Shown here piece by piece: positions 62,101 through 64,000 of a stretch of DNA of 64,000 bases (its first letter is position 1; each line of letters opens with the position of its first letter). Source of the stretch: Paraspadella gotoi (taxonomy: Eukaryota; Animalia; Chaetognatha). The notes below the pieces were generated by a model. The model was not told where the DNA came from and made no database searches. It worked only from the letters and a program-made list of their open reading frames with translations. The position numbers were made by a program, and so were the translations under genes. The DNA lies in contig CM119265.1 in the NCBI GenBank assembly GCA_051294375.1, positions 2,973,256 to 3,037,255 on the forward strand, in the 5' to 3' direction.

Positions 62101-64000
62101 AATTCAAAAATATATATTTATTGGGTAAAAATAAAAAAAATAGAAATAAAATAATTAATCATTATCTCTAATATATATCTCTGGGAGTGAATAAACGAGA
62201 GTGTGAGAGAGTCTTGATTGAAAGCTTGAAACCCCCAAAGCCTGTCCAAAGTAAGGGGCAAGATGGCTTATTTATTAAATGAATGGATAATTTTTATTTT
62301 GGTTGTACCAATTTCATAAATATTTATTATCTTCCTTTTTCAGATCCTCTTCCTCTCCGAATCTCTTTCCATCGAACGCCGCACCGCCGCTGCTCTGCGG
62401 AGCAAAGCGGAGGCGGCGATGGCGGACGCGGAGGTGCTGAAGAGGGAATTGGGCGACGCTCGGCGGGAAGCGGCGGCGGCGGCGAAGGAGGCGGCGAAGG
62501 AGGCGGATGATCTGACCGTCAAAATGGAGGTCTTGGAAAAGCTGCTGTTCGAGACGGACACGGAGAAGATCGAGCTGCAGGTGAGGTTTATGGTAAGGTA
62601 AGGGAGATGCCGTCGAATGCCGTCGGATGCCGTCGGATGCTGCAGACGTTGTGGAACCAATAGAGTGAATAGAAAAACGAGGCGTCTCTTTTATCATTAC
62701 AAACAATATTTATAGAATTATCAATTTATTAAATAAATAAGCTATCTCGCCCCTGGCCTCCATCCCTCTTACAACGTACTTACATAGCAATAAATTAATA
62801 AACAGTTAAAACTGAACTGTCAAATTTTAAAAATATATCTAAATTTTATTGAAATTTTAAAAATATTCAAATTCCTTTTTTTAAGTTTTTAAACAATTTT
62901 TTTTTGGTTTGTTTACTTTTCGTTTCTAGGAGACGGTAGAGGAGCTTCGATCGCTTATCGACGCCGACGCAAAGTCCGACCTTCCGACGAAACTCCGAGC
63001 GGATTCTCCGATGCAGTCACGTGACGAATCGGCGATGCAGTCACCCGATCGCACGGCCATGCAGTCGCGTTACTACGACGCGATGCAGTCCTTTGACGAT
63101 GAGTTGCAGTCCGAGGATGTGACCAAGTTACAATCGAATGAGTCGGAGATGCGATCGAAGGCACTCGAGTCGTTCGTCGACTCCTTCGTCCACGCAGCCA
63201 TCGACGGCGCGTTGGAGGACATCCGGGTGGCGATCGAAGAGATCGAGAAAGAAGACGACGACAACGACAACGAATTGATGGCGGAAAGCAACGACAACAA
63301 CAACAACAACGACAACTTCGCGACCGGTTGGTCTCTGGGCAAGATCGAGGAGCTCTTGCAGGAATCTTCCGTCGGCGACGCCGTCGACGCCGGTTCGAGG
63401 AACAACAACAAAGACGCCGGCGACGAGGAAGACGATGACGTCGCCGCCACGACGCCGTCTTATCTCGATCTCCAAAAGCGGCGCGATTCTGAGCAGCTGC
63501 GGCGCCTCAATATGAATCTGCAGACGGCGCTCTTTGATTTGCGGAGAGAGAGAGAGGAAGCGGAGAAGACGAGGGAGAGGATGAAGGAGGCGGAGGAGGA
63601 GATGGAGAAGACGAGGGAGAGGATGAAGGAGGCGGAGGAGGAGATGGAGAAGGCGAGGAAGAGGGCGAAGGAGTTGGAGGAGGAAATGAAGAGGAGGGAG
63701 AAGAAGAGGAGTGAGAGGGAGGAAGAGATGGCGGAAATGGTGAGAGAATTGGAGAAAGAGGTGGAGAGGGAGAGGAGGGAGGGAGAGGGGTGGAGGGAGG
63801 AAGCGAAAGAGGAGAAGGAGAGGAGAAAGAGAGAGGAAGAAGGGAGGAAAGAAAAGAAAGAAGGAGAAGAGAAAATTGTTCAAAATGGAATTAATTGAGA
63901 AAAGTGGAGAAGAATTATCCGATATAGAAAAGAAGATGGAAATAATGAAGAAAAGAGATGAAGAAAGAGAAGAAGAAATGGAAGAGATGAAGAATCAAAT
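30924..64000 (+). CDS. JAKMIP (Janus kinase and microtubule-interacting protein)-like coiled-coil gene, incomplete and disrupted by mis-assembly
   Basis: Exons 30924-31076, 42361-42527, ~43090-43248 (noisy), 60282-60404, 60551-60976, 61406-61861, 62344-62580 and 62930 to the window end. RRQVKRLLAETKSKDRIISRMQKDLG resembles JAKMIP RDIRRLMDEIKGKDRVILALEKELG (from memory). The exon TDRRKNEDLRRVVEAA is found only inverted at ~40953-41048. The E/K-rich frame continues past the 63898 stop in another frame, suggesting an indel error. Confidence 0.7.
31097..31450. mobile_element. MITE-like element with CCCTAA-rich interior and imperfect TIRs
   Basis: ggctctcttttccaaaggagcctcatttc ... gaaatggggcgttctcggaaagtaagcc are imperfect reverse complements. 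Confidence 0.5.
31782..32996 (-). CDS. Intronless alpha-1,3-fucosyltransferase (GT10 family), type II membrane protein, nested antisense in intron 1 of the JAKMIP-like gene
   Basis: N-terminal TM; ADAVVFH; QRWIFFMQESP; FNWTMTYRKDSDI; AAWFVSHC; VDVYGGCG; YKFYLAFENSICRDY; VVPVVRG; YNSYFDWR; FCHLC. Confidence 0.95.
   Translation of the reverse strand: MTRDAVFRGLQYFLLLIIFLFAVLQIWRMSQWNYGRDVGLSIPRPLNRQQPSKPQRRSQRRKLILLWEKGFEKRPYGFNLGIQPFVDAECPERACETTSDRSRLAVADAVVFHCRNVAVTAKFVRGSIVKGFDMPKSKRRHQRWIFFMQESPIYTGLPLRRFDNLFNWTMTYRKDSDIPMTHGVYKIRPVEERLAAHAKKINYAGNKTRLAAWFVSHCHPHSQREKYVQILRRFIDVDVYGGCGTFKCPKTTNIGSPDCYALLTKRYKFYLAFENSICRDYSSCKYWSMLMDALVVPVVRGGSDYEEDGPPNSFVDANGLTPKELAMKLKEIDADDRLYNSYFDWRKDYYVYGDRRLNVAQSFCHLCSALHNASLPVKWYPDLTKFWSKENDCLNVINPQLERR
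33095..33400 (+). mobile_element. Possible non-autonomous Helitron/Helentron-like short element
   Basis: ggac/gacg-type micro-repeats at 33225-33258 and a 3' hairpin tcggaatctg..cagatccga before an A-run. Confidence 0.3.
33778..33822 (-). ncRNA. Minimal type I hammerhead ribozyme (Penelope-like) with GUC cleavage triplet
   Basis: AAACG CTGATGA a GGCTT gcatcca AAGCC GAAA CATG T C CGTTT: stem I AAACG/CGTTT, stem II GGCTT/AAGCC, palindromic stem III ACATGT. Confidence 0.8.
34426..35380. repeat. C/T-rich ~60-bp degenerate tandem repeat plus unique flank, duplicated at ~54315-55030
   Basis: cccccgcccgcccctgctaattctattctcc units; the downstream sequence matches 54620-55030 with indels. Confidence 0.8.
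36157..36903. repeat. ~20-bp minisatellite with palindromic core AAAGTATGCATACTTT
   Basis: Units aaaaagtatgcaagttga grade into aaaaagtatgcatactttga; orientation flips near 36830. Confidence 0.9.
36917..37118. repeat. ~22-bp minisatellite (atgaatgactatcatcgcatca-like)
   Basis: Repeated tatcatcgcatc cores immediately after the palindromic array. Confidence 0.8.
41130..43560. repeat. Large fold-back inverted duplication centred near 42290
   Basis: 42047-42215 is the reverse complement of exon 42361-42527; 41130-41830 mirrors 42830-43530 with many indels. Confidence 0.85.
43617..52860. repeat. Nested duplications of error-rich sequence
   Basis: 43617-45300 matches 49594-51290 (direct); 46870-47920 matches 51810-52860 (inverted, near-identical); 43617-43960 is a garbled reverse complement of 62455-62750. 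Confidence 0.85.
53109..53260 (-). mobile_element. Second SINE-like copy with twister module (53110-53189), truncated by a gap
   Basis: B-box-like GGTTTAATCCC, then CTGGT taa ATGT GA TGG ttcggca TAA aaaac GC CAGTTAC..GTCACTG t AGG T CTA AA GC CCT gtgc GCCAG. Confidence 0.55.
53442..53835 (+). CDS. MORN5: MORN repeat-containing protein 5, exons 3-4 (with 1-bp indels)
   Basis: GLAVEGRYVFADGL...YC...DRRFHTEREDGLKPAG | RCQLTNKDPP..IP.GHYDPGNGFFDPRT...WIARNCRKG matches the MORN5 C-terminus as recalled. Confidence 0.8.
54166..54240 (+). mobile_element. tRNA-derived SINE head or tRNA pseudogene
   Basis: A-box TGGCTCAAGGAG, B-box GGTTCAATCCC, acceptor-like GACCCGG/CCGGTC; the anticodon stem does not pair. 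Confidence 0.55.
55035..59100 (+). mobile_element. Possible truncated Ty3/gypsy-like LTR element: PBS, long A/C-rich leader, short ORFs
   Basis: TGGCGCCCA (tRNA-Lys-like PBS) at 55333-55341; ~3 kb of strand-biased A/C-rich sequence; ORFs 56230-56616 and ~58619-59089 (RS-rich then acidic). No RT or integrase motifs seen. Confidence 0.3.
59269..59570 (-). CDS. MORN5: MORN repeat-containing protein 5, exons 1-2
   Basis: Exon 59501-59570 (MDLSGSKYKGSMKDRRMHGKG) and exon 59269-59388 (VYAFPTGSVYDGEFRDGMFHGSGKITFRNGGQFVGEWRK). The phase-1 end fits the exon at 53442. Confidence 0.85.

Noticed and set aside
63896-63898. True stop codon of the JAKMIP-like gene
   Set aside because: E/K/M-rich coding continues to the window end in another frame; likely an indel error in the purine run.

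Overview
AT-rich invertebrate animal genomic DNA with spliceosomal introns, CpG-rich exons and (CT)n microsatellites, from a draft assembly with N-gaps and error-rich patches. The species cannot be determined from the sequence. Left half (minus strand): the 5' end of an unidentified secreted-protein gene and two tandem paralogous membrane-protein genes. Both end in one intronless vWA-ZP-Sushi-EGF-SEA-EGF-TM exon. Gene A has a PAN-like plus mucin N-terminus; gene B spans ~19 kb and has IgGFc-binding-like, DxDCDGxxDE and C-type lectin modules. Right half: a JAKMIP-like coiled-coil gene (+) whose introns appear to host an intronless alpha-1,3-fucosyltransferase and MORN5. The 34-55 kb region is largely duplicated or inverted noisy sequence, probably assembly artefact. 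The most striking observation is a type-P5 twister ribozyme fold, with compensatory base changes between copies. It occurs in the ~255-bp terminal repeats of a miniature LTR (TRIM/retrozyme-like) element, in a solo LTR, and in a tRNA-derived SINE family. Several Penelope-type minimal hammerhead motifs are also present. All RNA structures and protein domains were identified by eye, without searches.
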